Source: Candidatus Latescibacterota bacterium
GTDB lineage: Bacteria > Latescibacterota > UBA2968
Direction of reading: 5' to 3'
Assembly: GCA_965204375.1 (NCBI GenBank)
Contig: OZ241986.1
Coordinates: 384,001 to 448,000 of the forward strand
DNA length: 64,000 nucleotides
Below the pieces are notes generated by a model that was not told the origin of the DNA, ran no database searches, and was given only the letters and a program-made list of their open reading frames with translations. The position numbers and the translations under genes are program-made. Each line of letters begins with the position of its first letter. The stretch's first letter is position 1. Shown here in pieces: positions 9,496-19,299 of the stretch.

Positions 9496-12165
9496 CTAAT
9501 AATCGTACGATAGCGAAATATTCCAGCGACGTGATAGGCCGAGGAATACGCGGGCGCTTGCTGCGTCGTGATTGTTGCCATCATCTGCATCGGACACGTA
9601 GCGTTCGTCGAGCAAATTGAAGACGTGCAGTTGGAGTTTTACTTTGCCATTTCCAAATGTATTGCCGGGCAGGGTGTAGCCCGCATGCAGATTTATCAGG
9701 TTGTAATTTGGAAGTTGCCAGGATTGTTCTCGGTCGCTGACATCTGTTCGGTTGGCGGGATCAAATTTGGCGTAGTGATCCATAAATCGCCGCAGGTTCA
9801 GCGAGGCGTAGAGGCCGCGTGCGGGAAATATTGTACCGCTCAGCGCAAGGGTTTTTTGCGCCGAATCGCCCACTTTTAGCCCTTTGGCATAGACTTGAAA
9901 GTTGCCGATAACCGATGGGTCTTCTTCAGGGGAAAATGTGACATTGGCATCGTTGAGCCATTCCCAGTTGCCAAGTGATAACATGCCGCGCACTTCCAGC
10001 ATGGAATGGGGACGGGCTTTCAGGTCAAACTCTATACCTGTATGCCGCGCGTCAATGCCGTTTAGCAAAAATCGGAAGCTCTGGTCGAGCTTTGCGCTGT
10101 AAATGCTCTTGGGCCATGAGCGGTCTATCCATCTGGTGTAATAGAAATTTGTGTTTGCTGTCACTACGCCGCGTTTGAAATAACCGGCACCCAACTCAAA
10201 GGCGGCGACTTTTTCATTGAATGTGGGGTCGTAGAGGCTGTTGTCGTAGTGATAAACGGAGTCGAATTTGGGGGCTGTTGAAAGCCAGCCTATGTTGGCA
10301 TATATATTGATTGCGGGGGTTGCATTGTAGTTGCCGCCCACTTTTGCGGTGTAGCCTTTGAAGTTTTCCCAATCTGTCTGATCCCATTCGCCATTGACCT
10401 TTGCGCGGAAATAGTCGATGCGTTTATAACCGGTTATGGATCCCGATGTACTCAAAAATGCCGTAAAGTCGTTAAACCGGCCTTCGAGTTGTGCAAAACC
10501 ACCACCCCAGCGCGTAAGGCCGTCGTTGTGGTAGGAGACTTTGTCTCCGAGTCGCTTGACGGAGGTCGTGGCGTTGTTGTCCCAGGGGAAGACGTAATAA
10601 TCGGCACCGAGCAGATTGCGTACTTCGCGCCAATGCTGCCCTCTGTAATAGCGCAAATCTATGCCAAAGGCCAGCGTGTAGATTTCGCTCAAATGGTATT
10701 CGGCCGTGCTCAAATAACCATACCAGAAGTGTTGGTTGACCGAGTTTCGGATGACGGTTCTTGCCGCAATTTCATTGGCACCTACTTCGCCTGCGCCTAC
10801 CAGGTCGGGATGGGATTCCGACGCTGTTTGGGTGTTCAATTCATCGGCAACGCGTTGCCAGTTGATGCTGCCATCGGGTAGCGAGCGCGGGTTGGTACCC
10901 AAACGCCCTGTGCCGCCGCCTTTGCCGCGCGAAAAATAAAATACATTGGACAAGATGAATTGCTCGTTGGGTGTCCAGTACCAGTTCAAATTGATCTGGG
11001 GTTTGTGGTAAAAATTCTCGCGTTCCATAATGATTTCGCTGTCGCGCGCGTCGTGTATCTGGCCGTTGTAGTACTCCTGATAGGATGAGAATGGGGAGCG
11101 TCCCCAGTTGGGGTTGTAATCGATGCCGTAGTTTATAGCCTCCGTGACATCAATGCCCAGAGATCGGGCGTAATCGGCATCAAAGGTTGCGATGGATTGC
11201 TTGTAGAGGCGATGTCCGTGGCGTTGCGGTGCGCCTACGACAAACAGGTCAATTTTGTGTGTCTCAGAAGCGAAATAGCTCAGTGCGCCAAAATAGGACC
11301 ACGCCGATGTCCATGCTTGATCGGGCAGGCCGTCGCCGATTTTGCGGGTGAGACCCAGAGTGAAAGCGGTTTTGTCGTTTATTAAACCCGATGAAAAATT
11401 GACTGTGGTTTTGTAAAAGGCATTGTTCCCTGCCTCCTGTTTGATTTTGAACCCGCGCTGTTGACGGGCGATGTCGGTGACAATGTTCATGGTGCCACCC
11501 ACTGAGGCTATTGCCAGATTTGAGGCACCCAATCCGCGCTGTACCTGGATAGATGATGTGACATCGCTCAGGCCATCCCAGTTGGACCAATAGACCCAGC
11601 CGTTTTCCATATCGTTGACTGGCACGCCATTGACCATGACGGCGACGTTGCGCTGGTCAAATCCCCTCACATTGATGCGAGAATCACCAGGGCCTCCACC
11701 TTGCTCGGTTGCGTAAACGCCCGGTGTATCATTCAAAATCATCGGGAGATCACGCGAGCCGAGCTTGCGCTGCATATCGGCTTTTGGAACGTCTGAGAAG
11801 GCAACGGGCGTTTCGCGCAATTTGGCGCGGTCGGCAACGATGGTGACTTCTTTGCCTCGAAATGCCTCGGGTATGAGTTCTACAATTAACTCAGCAGCAT
11901 CCGCTTTTACAATGATAGAACTGCGATACTCTTTGTATCCTACAAAACTTATGACGAGTGTATAGTTGCCTTCGCCGATTCTGGTGATCTCAAATTGTCC
12001 ATCGAGATCTGTAGCAGTTCCTCGCCCAACATCTTCTAAATACACGTTTGCGCCCGGCAGAGCTTCTCCGGTCTCTGCATCGCGTACTTTGCCTTTTAAC
12101 TCGGCGGCAGACAGGGTGGAGTGGGCCAGGAACAACAAGGATAACACCATAACAATTTGTTTCAT
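9496..12165 (-). CDS. TonB-dependent outer-membrane receptor with N-terminal carboxypeptidase-regulatory-like domain
   Basis: Signal peptide, GKVRDAETGEALPGANV, plug motif INVRGFDQRNVAVMVNGVPVND, NLLDERY, C-terminal aromatic residue. Confidence 0.92.
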   Translation of the reverse strand: MKQIVMVLSLLFLAHSTLSAAELKGKVRDAETGEALPGANVYLEDVGRGTATDLDGQFEITRIGEGNYTLVISFVGYKEYRSSIIVKADAAELIVELIPEAFRGKEVTIVADRAKLRETPVAFSDVPKADMQRKLGSRDLPMILNDTPGVYATEQGGGPGDSRINVRGFDQRNVAVMVNGVPVNDMENGWVYWSNWDGLSDVTSSIQVQRGLGASNLAIASVGGTMNIVTDIARQQRGFKIKQEAGNNAFYKTTVNFSSGLINDKTAFTLGLTRKIGDGLPDQAWTSAWSYFGALSYFASETHKIDLFVVGAPQRHGHRLYKQSIATFDADYARSLGIDVTEAINYGIDYNPNWGRSPFSSYQEYYNGQIHDARDSEIIMERENFYHKPQINLNWYWTPNEQFILSNVFYFSRGKGGGTGRLGTNPRSLPDGSINWQRVADELNTQTASESHPDLVGAGEVGANEIAARTVIRNSVNQHFWYGYLSTAEYHLSEIYTLAFGIDLRYYRGQHWREVRNLLGADYYVFPWDNNATTSVKRLGDKVSYHNDGLTRWGGGFAQLEGRFNDFTAFLSTSGSITGYKRIDYFRAKVNGEWDQTDWENFKGYTAKVGGNYNATPAINIYANIGWLSTAPKFDSVYHYDNSLYDPTFNEKVAAFELGAGYFKRGVVTANTNFYYTRWIDRSWPKSIYSAKLDQSFRFLLNGIDARHTGIEFDLKARPHSMLEVRGMLSLGNWEWLNDANVTFSPEEDPSVIGNFQVYAKGLKVGDSAQKTLALSGTIFPARGLYASLNLRRFMDHYAKFDPANRTDVSDREQSWQLPNYNLINLHAGYTLPGNTFGNGKVKLQLHVFNLLDERYVSDADDGNNHDAASARVFLGLSRRWNISLSYDY

Positions 12166-12215
12166 AGAAACCCCCTTGATAGTAGAAATTGGGGTATGTA
12201 TTGGATCATATATAC

Positions 12216-13115
12216 TTAGAGTTCGCGATCTGGTACTTTCCAGTTGGCGTACCAGACAGAGTCTTCCGGGAGCGTGGCGTCGTCCGACCAGGCTGTTTGC
12301 ATGGTGCGGAAGTTGGGCAGTTCGGGGCGGATAACGGTTTCCCAGATGTGTTCGACCTGGTCAAAGGTGCGTAGTTTTTGTGTGGGTTTTTCCGATTCAT
12401 ACGCGGCGAGTAATTCCCTGACTTTGTTGCCGAGCCACTCGGTTTCATCATTGACCATGCGTTCGCCAATTTGGCGATTGGATTCGCGGACGTTTTTGCC
12501 CATGGCAAAGTGCGGACCGGGTTCGCTTTCGGGTGGTAAACGGGAGATATCGACACAGTCGGGTTCAATGGCCCAAAGAAGAGAGGTTTCGACTTTTCCC
12601 GCATGGTCGCCACCGCTGTTGTTGTCATTGTCAAAGCCGGGTTGGTTGGCTTCAAAGTCTGGCAGGCTATACAGGCGTGTGCCCACATGGGGTTGGATGA
12701 GTTCGCACAGGGTTTTCAGGTCTTGCCAGTTGGGGCCGTAGTGCCCGGTGAGGAAGATGGCCGCGTGAAAGCCGAGGGCGTCGGCCTGGCGGATGTGATA
12801 GCAGATGTTTTTGAAGTGTTGCCAGGGCGGCATACAGGTTAGCCAGGAGCGTTCGGGTTGGCCGACTGAGCGTTCTGACCAGAGGGCATAGCCCCCAATT
12901 TCGTGGATATGCCAGTAGTCGGGCGGGGCGACAATGCCGCCGTGTTTGTGTGCGGTGTGAACGGCAATGCCGTGGGCTTTGAGGGCATCGAGTCCCACAG
13001 CATTTTGCGGGCCGTGCGGTTCGCACAGGCCATAGGGGAAATAGACGACTGGACAGGCTTTGAATGCGGCTTCGAGTTCATCGGGGAACATGCGCTCCCA
13101 GCGTACGTCTCTCAC
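12216..13115 (-). CDS. Creatininase family amidohydrolase
   Basis: EPHG..GLDA, GHYG, DHAGKVETS metal-binding motifs. Confidence 0.87.
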   Translation of the reverse strand: MRDVRWERMFPDELEAAFKACPVVYFPYGLCEPHGPQNAVGLDALKAHGIAVHTAHKHGGIVAPPDYWHIHEIGGYALWSERSVGQPERSWLTCMPPWQHFKNICYHIRQADALGFHAAIFLTGHYGPNWQDLKTLCELIQPHVGTRLYSLPDFEANQPGFDNDNNSGGDHAGKVETSLLWAIEPDCVDISRLPPESEPGPHFAMGKNVRESNRQIGERMVNDETEWLGNKVRELLAAYESEKPTQKLRTFDQVEHIWETVIRPELPNFRTMQTAWSDDATLPEDSVWYANWKVPDREL

Positions 13116-13158
13116 GGCGGAGTACTCCTTTTAAAAGTTGGTTTATTGCAAAATTAAG

Positions 13159-15522
13159 CTACGATTCCAAATCGTGGTGCAGTTTTAGTTGGGCGATAAA
13201 TTCTGGTGTGAGTGTGGTTCCCGAGTTTTTGAGATGGTTTATGACATCGTTGCCGAGTGTTGTGTTGAGATGGTAGTGCTGTACAGATTCGTTGATTTTG
13301 ATGAAGCCCAGGCGGTTCATCAGGTCCGGGTTCATTGTGCCGTTGACGATGGGGGCGTGAAGGGTGCAGTTGGTGAAGCGCGTGCCCAACGTGCTTTGCA
13401 GAATGTAAAATTGTTCTGGTACTTTTTTTACGTCGGGTTGGAGACGGCACTCGGTAAATACGAGTTCGCCCCGCAAATTGGGTGCGGTTATGGTGTTCAG
13501 GCTGCACCGTTCAAAAGTCGCACTGGCAATGCAGTTGCCCAGGTATGCGCTAATATTTTCACAATCGGTAAATCGCATTTTGGGATAGAGGGCGAGTGCA
13601 TCGGCATAGTCAACCGTTGATTCTCCGCCGATCAGGATGTGTACCTGTTCGTCATCGTCGGCAATTTCCTGAGTGAATTTTTCGAGTTGGACATTGTCGC
13701 AGATGAGGGTGCTGTTGGCGTGGAGTTGCGTGCCATCATAACCGCCATTACCGCGCAGGTCGTAGTGGTTTGGATCGGGTATGCGGATGAGGCGAACGCC
13801 CTGTTTTCTGCCTTCGACGGCGATGTTTCGAAATTCAATGCGATGGGGAAAGAAGAGGCGGGCATTGTTTTTGGTTTTGGAAAAGGGGACGGTGTCCATT
13901 AGCCAGCACGATGCATTCGATTTGGATGCAGCACTATAATCGATGAGCAGGTCTTCGATTGTGACAGTGCGTGCAAAGCCGATGGGATACTGGTAATCGA
14001 AATCGGACGGATGATAGGATAGGACAGAAACGCGGCCATTGCCACTTGGCATTAACCGACAGCCGCGAATGCGTATGTGTCCATCCCATTTGGCACCATA
14101 GTCGCGTCTGAAATTGACGAATTGGTTGCCGTGGCGCGTGGTGTTTTCAATCACCAATTCACCGCCACCTGTAAGCGCGATGCCTTTGAAGCCAATGGTG
14201 CAGTTGCTGATGTAGAGGTTCCAGCAGTGAAAATGCACATCGATGCGGTTGAGACGGCAGTTTTCAAAGCGGAAGTTTTTGTTGAGGTTGGTGCCAAAAA
14301 CACCCCAGGCGACCCAGCCACCTTCTGCTGTGATGTTGCGAAAGGTGCAATTGAGCATCCGCGCACCGCCAATGCCATAGGTGCCCGCACCGAGTACTCT
14401 GTCTTTTTCTTTGCGATTTTTCTCCCAGGGCATTGCGCGGATATTTTCCAATGTGACGTCGTAAACACCGCTGAATACGTAAAAGCCGCGACGGGGGTGC
14501 ATGGAGATATCTCGTTTCCCTTTTTCCAGGCCCATCCATTGTTCACGGATGATGGTTCGGCTGCGTTTTATGGAGATGCCGTGGTGGTGATACCGCCAGG
14601 AACTACCGCTTCCGCTGTCGCCAGAAAAATAAAATCCGCCGCCTTCGACGATGAGGTAATTGTCGTTGCAGGGTATGGCGGTGATGTCGGTGAAGTTTTG
14701 GAATTCCCAGGCTATATCGCCAATGATGCGGCCCTCTTCTTCAATATAGAATAGTTCTTCGCGCCCCCATCCCGCCTTTGAATAATTACCTGCCCGAATG
14801 CCAATGCGGTCATCGTCATCTTCAGCGATGATAAGATGGCCTGCATATTGTGCCAGTTCGGGAATGAGTTGCACGCCGGGTTTTAATTTTTCCAATAGAG
14901 CCGCTTTGATGGTTTCGTCTCGCGTGAGTTTTTTTGATGGGTGATCGTTGAGAATTTCAAATCGCGGCTCCCTTTGGCTGTTGTACTGTTCATCGATGTG
15001 AAAAATTGTTTGTCCCCATGAGACGTTGGTTTTGATGGGTATGTCATTGGTTTGCAAGATCCAATATTCGCCGCTTAAATTCACAATTGGGACTTTGCGC
15101 GCATTGGCGTATTTATGTGCCAGGGTGATTTGAACGCCGTCGTCGTTTTTACCGTCGCCAATCGCGCCAAACATTTTGTAGTTCACGGCTTTGTTTTCGT
15201 GCAAGATGGCGACTGTGCCATTGTCCAATGCGATGATGTCGGCATCATTTGGCTGGCTATTTGCATCTGTTTTTTCGATGTGATACAGGGCTGCGCCGCC
15301 GTCGCCGGGAACGTAAAAGCCCGCGGTTTCTACCCAGTCGCCTTCGCGGATTTCGGACGCGGATTTCATAGCTTGAACGGTGGCGTAGCGCGTTATGGTT
15401 GCACTGTTTGTTGTGTTCACGGCGATCTCCTGAGACAATGCGTGCTGTGTAAGGACAATGCCACTGATACCAATGCCAGCGATTGCTTTGCGTCTGGATA
15501 ATTTATGTGGTTGTTTGGACAT
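13159..15522 (-). CDS. Tat-exported right-handed beta-helix (pectin-lyase-like/tailspike-like) protein
   Basis: SRRKAI twin-arginine signal; ETAGFYVPGDGGAALY and VNYKMFGAIGDGKNDD motifs; repeated I/F-x-N-C beta-helix rungs. Confidence 0.7.
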   Translation of the reverse strand: MSKQPHKLSRRKAIAGIGISGIVLTQHALSQEIAVNTTNSATITRYATVQAMKSASEIREGDWVETAGFYVPGDGGAALYHIEKTDANSQPNDADIIALDNGTVAILHENKAVNYKMFGAIGDGKNDDGVQITLAHKYANARKVPIVNLSGEYWILQTNDIPIKTNVSWGQTIFHIDEQYNSQREPRFEILNDHPSKKLTRDETIKAALLEKLKPGVQLIPELAQYAGHLIIAEDDDDRIGIRAGNYSKAGWGREELFYIEEEGRIIGDIAWEFQNFTDITAIPCNDNYLIVEGGGFYFSGDSGSGSSWRYHHHGISIKRSRTIIREQWMGLEKGKRDISMHPRRGFYVFSGVYDVTLENIRAMPWEKNRKEKDRVLGAGTYGIGGARMLNCTFRNITAEGGWVAWGVFGTNLNKNFRFENCRLNRIDVHFHCWNLYISNCTIGFKGIALTGGGELVIENTTRHGNQFVNFRRDYGAKWDGHIRIRGCRLMPSGNGRVSVLSYHPSDFDYQYPIGFARTVTIEDLLIDYSAASKSNASCWLMDTVPFSKTKNNARLFFPHRIEFRNIAVEGRKQGVRLIRIPDPNHYDLRGNGGYDGTQLHANSTLICDNVQLEKFTQEIADDDEQVHILIGGESTVDYADALALYPKMRFTDCENISAYLGNCIASATFERCSLNTITAPNLRGELVFTECRLQPDVKKVPEQFYILQSTLGTRFTNCTLHAPIVNGTMNPDLMNRLGFIKINESVQHYHLNTTLGNDVINHLKNSGTTLTPEFIAQLKLHHDLES

Positions 15523-15543
15523 GATTGTTTCCTAAATGCCAAT

Positions 15544-16590
15544 TTATTGCACTTTTCCACGTCCGGCAACTTTCCATATATGTTCTACATTGCCATTTCG
15601 CACGGCATAGACTTCGTCGTGGAGGTTGGTGGTCATGCCCTGGTGCAGGGGGATGACAGAGAGGCGGTCGCCTACGGTGAAGGTGTGATTGCATTCCGAA
15701 ACATCGACGTGACCGTGTTCGACGGACATGCCGTAGATTTTGGCATGGGGATGTTCAACGATGTACCCATAAGGTGTGGGGGCATAACTGGTGAATGTTT
15801 TTTGCCCACCATCGATGATGACGCGGTCAGGTGTGGGTGTGCTGACGATGGTGACAATCATGCGTTCGGCACAGGTGATGGGGTTGGGCGGGTTGTGTTC
15901 GCGGTTGATGCGGCGCAGACCTTCAAAGACGTAGGATCCAATGCGGGTTTCGGTGCAACTTATGGCTTTGGAAACTTCGGCAGTGCCCGTGCCACCTCCG
16001 CTGATGGTGTTGAGCGCGATGCCCGCGCTTTGGAGCAGGTCGCGCGTTTGGTCGATGAAGGCTTTGGCGCGTTCGTGACTGGGATAGGTCATGATGCCCT
16101 GGAACTGAAGGCCGGGCATGGTTGTCACTTTTCGCGCGAGTTCAAGCGCGGCTTTGGGCGATTGTACGCCGCAGCGATTGCCACCGGTGTCGCATTCGAT
16201 GAGGATGTTGACGGTGACGTCGTTTTCTATTGCGCCATCGGATAGACCACGCGCGGTGATTTCCGAATCGACTGCAACGGTCATAGTGGCGCGTTTACAC
16301 AGTTTGGCGAGGCGTTTGACTTTGATGGGGCCGACGATATTGTAGGGAATGAGGATGTCGGAAATGCCCGCTTCAACCATGGCTTCGGCTTCGCCCACTT
16401 TTTGGCAGACAATACCAATGGCTCCCGCAGCGAGTTGCATTTTGGCGATTTCGGGGATTTTGTGCGTTTTGGTGTGTACGCGCAGGGGAATGTCGCATTC
16501 GTCGCACGCCTCCTGAGTTTCTCGAATATTTTTTTCGAGGATATCGAGGTCGATGGTGAGCGCAGGTGTGTCGAGGTCGTGTATGGTCAT
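15544..16590 (-). CDS. D-threonine aldolase/D-serine dehydratase family PLP enzyme (fold type III)
   Basis: LDTPALTIDLD, RVHTKTHK (PLP Lys), SGGGT, ETRIGSYVF, SVEHG. Confidence 0.88.
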   Translation of the reverse strand: MTIHDLDTPALTIDLDILEKNIRETQEACDECDIPLRVHTKTHKIPEIAKMQLAAGAIGIVCQKVGEAEAMVEAGISDILIPYNIVGPIKVKRLAKLCKRATMTVAVDSEITARGLSDGAIENDVTVNILIECDTGGNRCGVQSPKAALELARKVTTMPGLQFQGIMTYPSHERAKAFIDQTRDLLQSAGIALNTISGGGTGTAEVSKAISCTETRIGSYVFEGLRRINREHNPPNPITCAERMIVTIVSTPTPDRVIIDGGQKTFTSYAPTPYGYIVEHPHAKIYGMSVEHGHVDVSECNHTFTVGDRLSVIPLHQGMTTNLHDEVYAVRNGNVEHIWKVAGRGKVQ

Positions 16591-16640
16591 GGCAATATCT
16601 GTTATTACAAGGTGAAAGATGGTGTTGTGCAGGAATAGGC

Positions 16641-16669
16641 AATGTACGTTGGTCAGGGAAGGGCGTCAA
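16641..16669 (-). promoter_or_regulatory. Sigma70-like promoter for the 16590->8557 operon
   Basis: TTGACG-N17-TACATT on the minus strand. Confidence 0.5.
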
Positions 16670-16808
16670 GCGGTTGTGGCGTGTTGAATCTTGCCAATAG
16701 TGAAAGACGGTCTGCGTTGACAATGTGTAAGGTGTTGTGTTATTTATGTGGTCAGATTTACTGGCGTTGTAATGCTGGGTTGATCGTTAACTTAATCGAG
16801 GAGGCAAA

Positions 16809-17894
16809 ATGGCAGATAAATTGAAGGTGGGTATTGTCGGAGTAGGAGGTATTGCGCGGACGCATATTCCGGGTTGGCAGGCTTCGGAACATGCCGAATT
16901 GGTGGCTGGAAGCGATATTAGCGAAGATGTGTTGAAGGATTGGGGTGAACAATACGGGATCAAAAAACTGTATGTAAATCCGGAAGATTTGTTTGCCGAT
17001 CCAGAGATAGATATTGTGGATGTGTGTACACCAAATAATTATCACGCGCCTCTATCTATTGGCGCGCTGGATGCGGGTAAACACGTGATTTGTGAAAAAC
17101 CTCTGGCACCCAGTCCTCAATTGGTGAAAGATATGATTGCTGCGCGCGACTCGTCGGGCAAGTTGTTGATGTGCGCGCAGTCGTCGCGGTTTGCGGGATC
17201 ATCTCTGGCGATGAAGCGGGAATTGGATACCGGGGTGTTGGGAAATGTGTATCACGCGCGGTGCTGGATGTTGCGGCGGTCGGGTGTGCCCGCGCGGCCG
17301 GGTTTTATTATGAAAAAACACAGTGGTGGCGGGCCGTGTATTGATATTGGCGTTCACGTTTTGGATTTGACGCTGTGGTTGATGGGCAATCCCAATCCCG
17401 TAGCTGTAACGGGGGTGGCGAAGGCGGAGTTGGCACATCAGGAGGGTGCTTTCAGTACGATGGGGCGCAGTGGTGGCGCGATTCCCGAAGAGTTTGATGT
17501 GGAGGATTTTGCAGCGGCTTTTGTGCGGTTTGAAAATGGGGCTTCCCTTATTCTGGAGACGAGCTGGATGTTGCATCAAGGTCCCCCGTCAGAACGGCAA
17601 ATATGGCTTTACGGCACAAAGGGTGGGGCACACTTGCCCAGTTGTGAGATTTATTATTCGGATTCCAATACGCAGCAACATCACAAATACGCATTGCAAG
17701 ATACGGGCGATATCGCCAGAGCACACGCGCTGGAATGCATGACGTTTGCCGAGGCGATTACAGAGGGCAAACCGTCGCCAGTGCCGGCTGAACAGTCGCT
17801 ACAGGTGATGGCGATTTTGGATGGGATTTATCGCAGTGAAGAGGAAGGGCAGGAAGTGGATATAGCGCGAGATGCAAAAATAATTAAGAATTAA
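16809..17894 (+). CDS. Gfo/Idh/MocA family oxidoreductase
   Basis: VGIVGVGGIA, HVICEKP, GGPCIDIGVH. Confidence 0.92.
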   Translation: MADKLKVGIVGVGGIARTHIPGWQASEHAELVAGSDISEDVLKDWGEQYGIKKLYVNPEDLFADPEIDIVDVCTPNNYHAPLSIGALDAGKHVICEKPLAPSPQLVKDMIAARDSSGKLLMCAQSSRFAGSSLAMKRELDTGVLGNVYHARCWMLRRSGVPARPGFIMKKHSGGGPCIDIGVHVLDLTLWLMGNPNPVAVTGVAKAELAHQEGAFSTMGRSGGAIPEEFDVEDFAAAFVRFENGASLILETSWMLHQGPPSERQIWLYGTKGGAHLPSCEIYYSDSNTQQHHKYALQDTGDIARAHALECMTFAEAITEGKPSPVPAEQSLQVMAILDGIYRSEEEGQEVDIARDAKIIKN

Positions 17895-17950
17895 GAATTG
17901 GCCCCGCCCCGCCTTTCCAATTTTTAATTTCTAATTTTTAATTCCTAATT
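17882..17950. repeat. Inverted arrays of AATTARR heptamers forming a long hairpin between convergent genes
   Basis: AATTAAG-AATTAAG-AATTGG, then a spacer, then CCAATT-TTTAATT-TCTAATT-TTTAATT-CCTAATT. Confidence 0.75.
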
Positions 17951-17952
17951 GA

Positions 17953-19266
17953 TTAATAAACTTTATCGTCTTTGTTTTTCTTTTCAAGGGTATTTTCCCA
18001 TCGGCGTTCAGGAGATTGGGGAGCGCGATCGATGAGTTTGTTGGGTTTGCCCATCTGTTTTACCAGATCAAAAGCATCGTAGAGTTCACCCACAACGGTC
18101 ATTGCGCGGTACTGTAAGGTGTCACCTGATACAGTAATGACCTGATAAAGCTGTGTGTTTTCACCACCGCGCGTCATCCAGCGATCTTTTCTGAGTTTGA
18201 GTTGTTTGGGTCCGCTGACCGATACGACGTACACAGTGCCTTTGGTAGTATCGCGCACGGTTACGCCGCTGCCGATGTTATTCCCTCTGGCATACGTATG
18301 GTTATGTCCCTGGAGTACCAGATCGACGGCGTATTTGTCAAAAAGAGGTTTCCAGGCTTCGCGCTGGTCTTTATTTGCGAGGCCCTGTGTTGCGGCATAG
18401 ATGGGATGATGGAATGTGACAAAGGTCCATTTATTGGGGTTGTTTTCGAGTATTTTTTCCAACCAGGGCGCCTGTTCTTTGTGGCGTTCATTGGAATTGA
18501 GTGAGATAATGCGTGCGCCCTGATAGTCTGTGTAATAGGTTGTTTCCACAAAGCCTTCGGGACCATTTTCAGGTAGGGTGAATTGCGGACGCCATAGAAC
18601 AGATGGACGGAGCGTGTCCCCATCTTTATAGTATTCGTTATTCCCCGGCGTAGGAATGCTGGGGATTTTTGCATGGATCCAGTTACCAGATTCAAACCAT
18701 TCATGCCAGTCGCTATCTTTGTTGGGATAATCGACGAGGTCGCCTGCGTGGAGGATAAAGTCGGCGTGGGGTGCGTCGAGCACAGCGGTCCGGATGGTGC
18801 GTGCCCACAGGGACAGCAGGTTGTTTTGTGCATCGCCAAGGTAGATAAAGGTGAATTTATCCGGCTCGGCAGAGGCCGTGCGAAATTGATACCAAGAACT
18901 CCAGATTTTGTCGCTGCCCACGCGGTAGGCATAGAGGGTATTGGGTTTGAGACCCTTGAATGTGACCGAATGGAAGTGGGCGACAAGTCTATTGCGTTTC
19001 CATTTTTCAGTGCGCGCGTTTTCGCTCCTGGCCCATGTGGTAAAATTGGCTGAGGCATTGGCTTCTGCGATCTGTCCTTCGGCCTGTGCGATGCTCGTAT
19101 CTGTGCGCCAGGTGACCGATGCCGTGGTGGCGGGATCTCCCGACCAGGTGAGTACAATGCGGTCGGGGATTTTTTTAGGAGCGCGATCTACGGCAGCACG
19201 GTGATACTCGTTTGCATAAGCCGGGGTTGTGGATAGGAACAGAAGGATGAGGCAAATCGGGCGCAT
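17953..19266 (-). CDS. Secreted purple-acid-phosphatase-like metallophosphoesterase, variant copy (GNNE, GHNH)
   Basis: Signal peptide, FN3-like N-domain, GDAQ, AGDLV, GNNE, FHHP, GHNH. Confidence 0.88.
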   Translation of the reverse strand: MRPICLILLFLSTTPAYANEYHRAAVDRAPKKIPDRIVLTWSGDPATTASVTWRTDTSIAQAEGQIAEANASANFTTWARSENARTEKWKRNRLVAHFHSVTFKGLKPNTLYAYRVGSDKIWSSWYQFRTASAEPDKFTFIYLGDAQNNLLSLWARTIRTAVLDAPHADFILHAGDLVDYPNKDSDWHEWFESGNWIHAKIPSIPTPGNNEYYKDGDTLRPSVLWRPQFTLPENGPEGFVETTYYTDYQGARIISLNSNERHKEQAPWLEKILENNPNKWTFVTFHHPIYAATQGLANKDQREAWKPLFDKYAVDLVLQGHNHTYARGNNIGSGVTVRDTTKGTVYVVSVSGPKQLKLRKDRWMTRGGENTQLYQVITVSGDTLQYRAMTVVGELYDAFDLVKQMGKPNKLIDRAPQSPERRWENTLEKKNKDDKVY

Positions 19267-19299
19267 GGGGTTCCCCGGGTGAGAATTTTTAAAAGACCA

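Noticed and set aside
13159-15522. Prophage remnant suggested by the tailspike-like gene
   Set aside because: No integrase, capsid, terminase or other phage genes; the gene has a Tat signal and sits in a metabolic operon
17882-17950. Possible CRISPR or mini-array
   Set aside because: Units are 7 bp with no unique spacers, and there are no cas genes in the window
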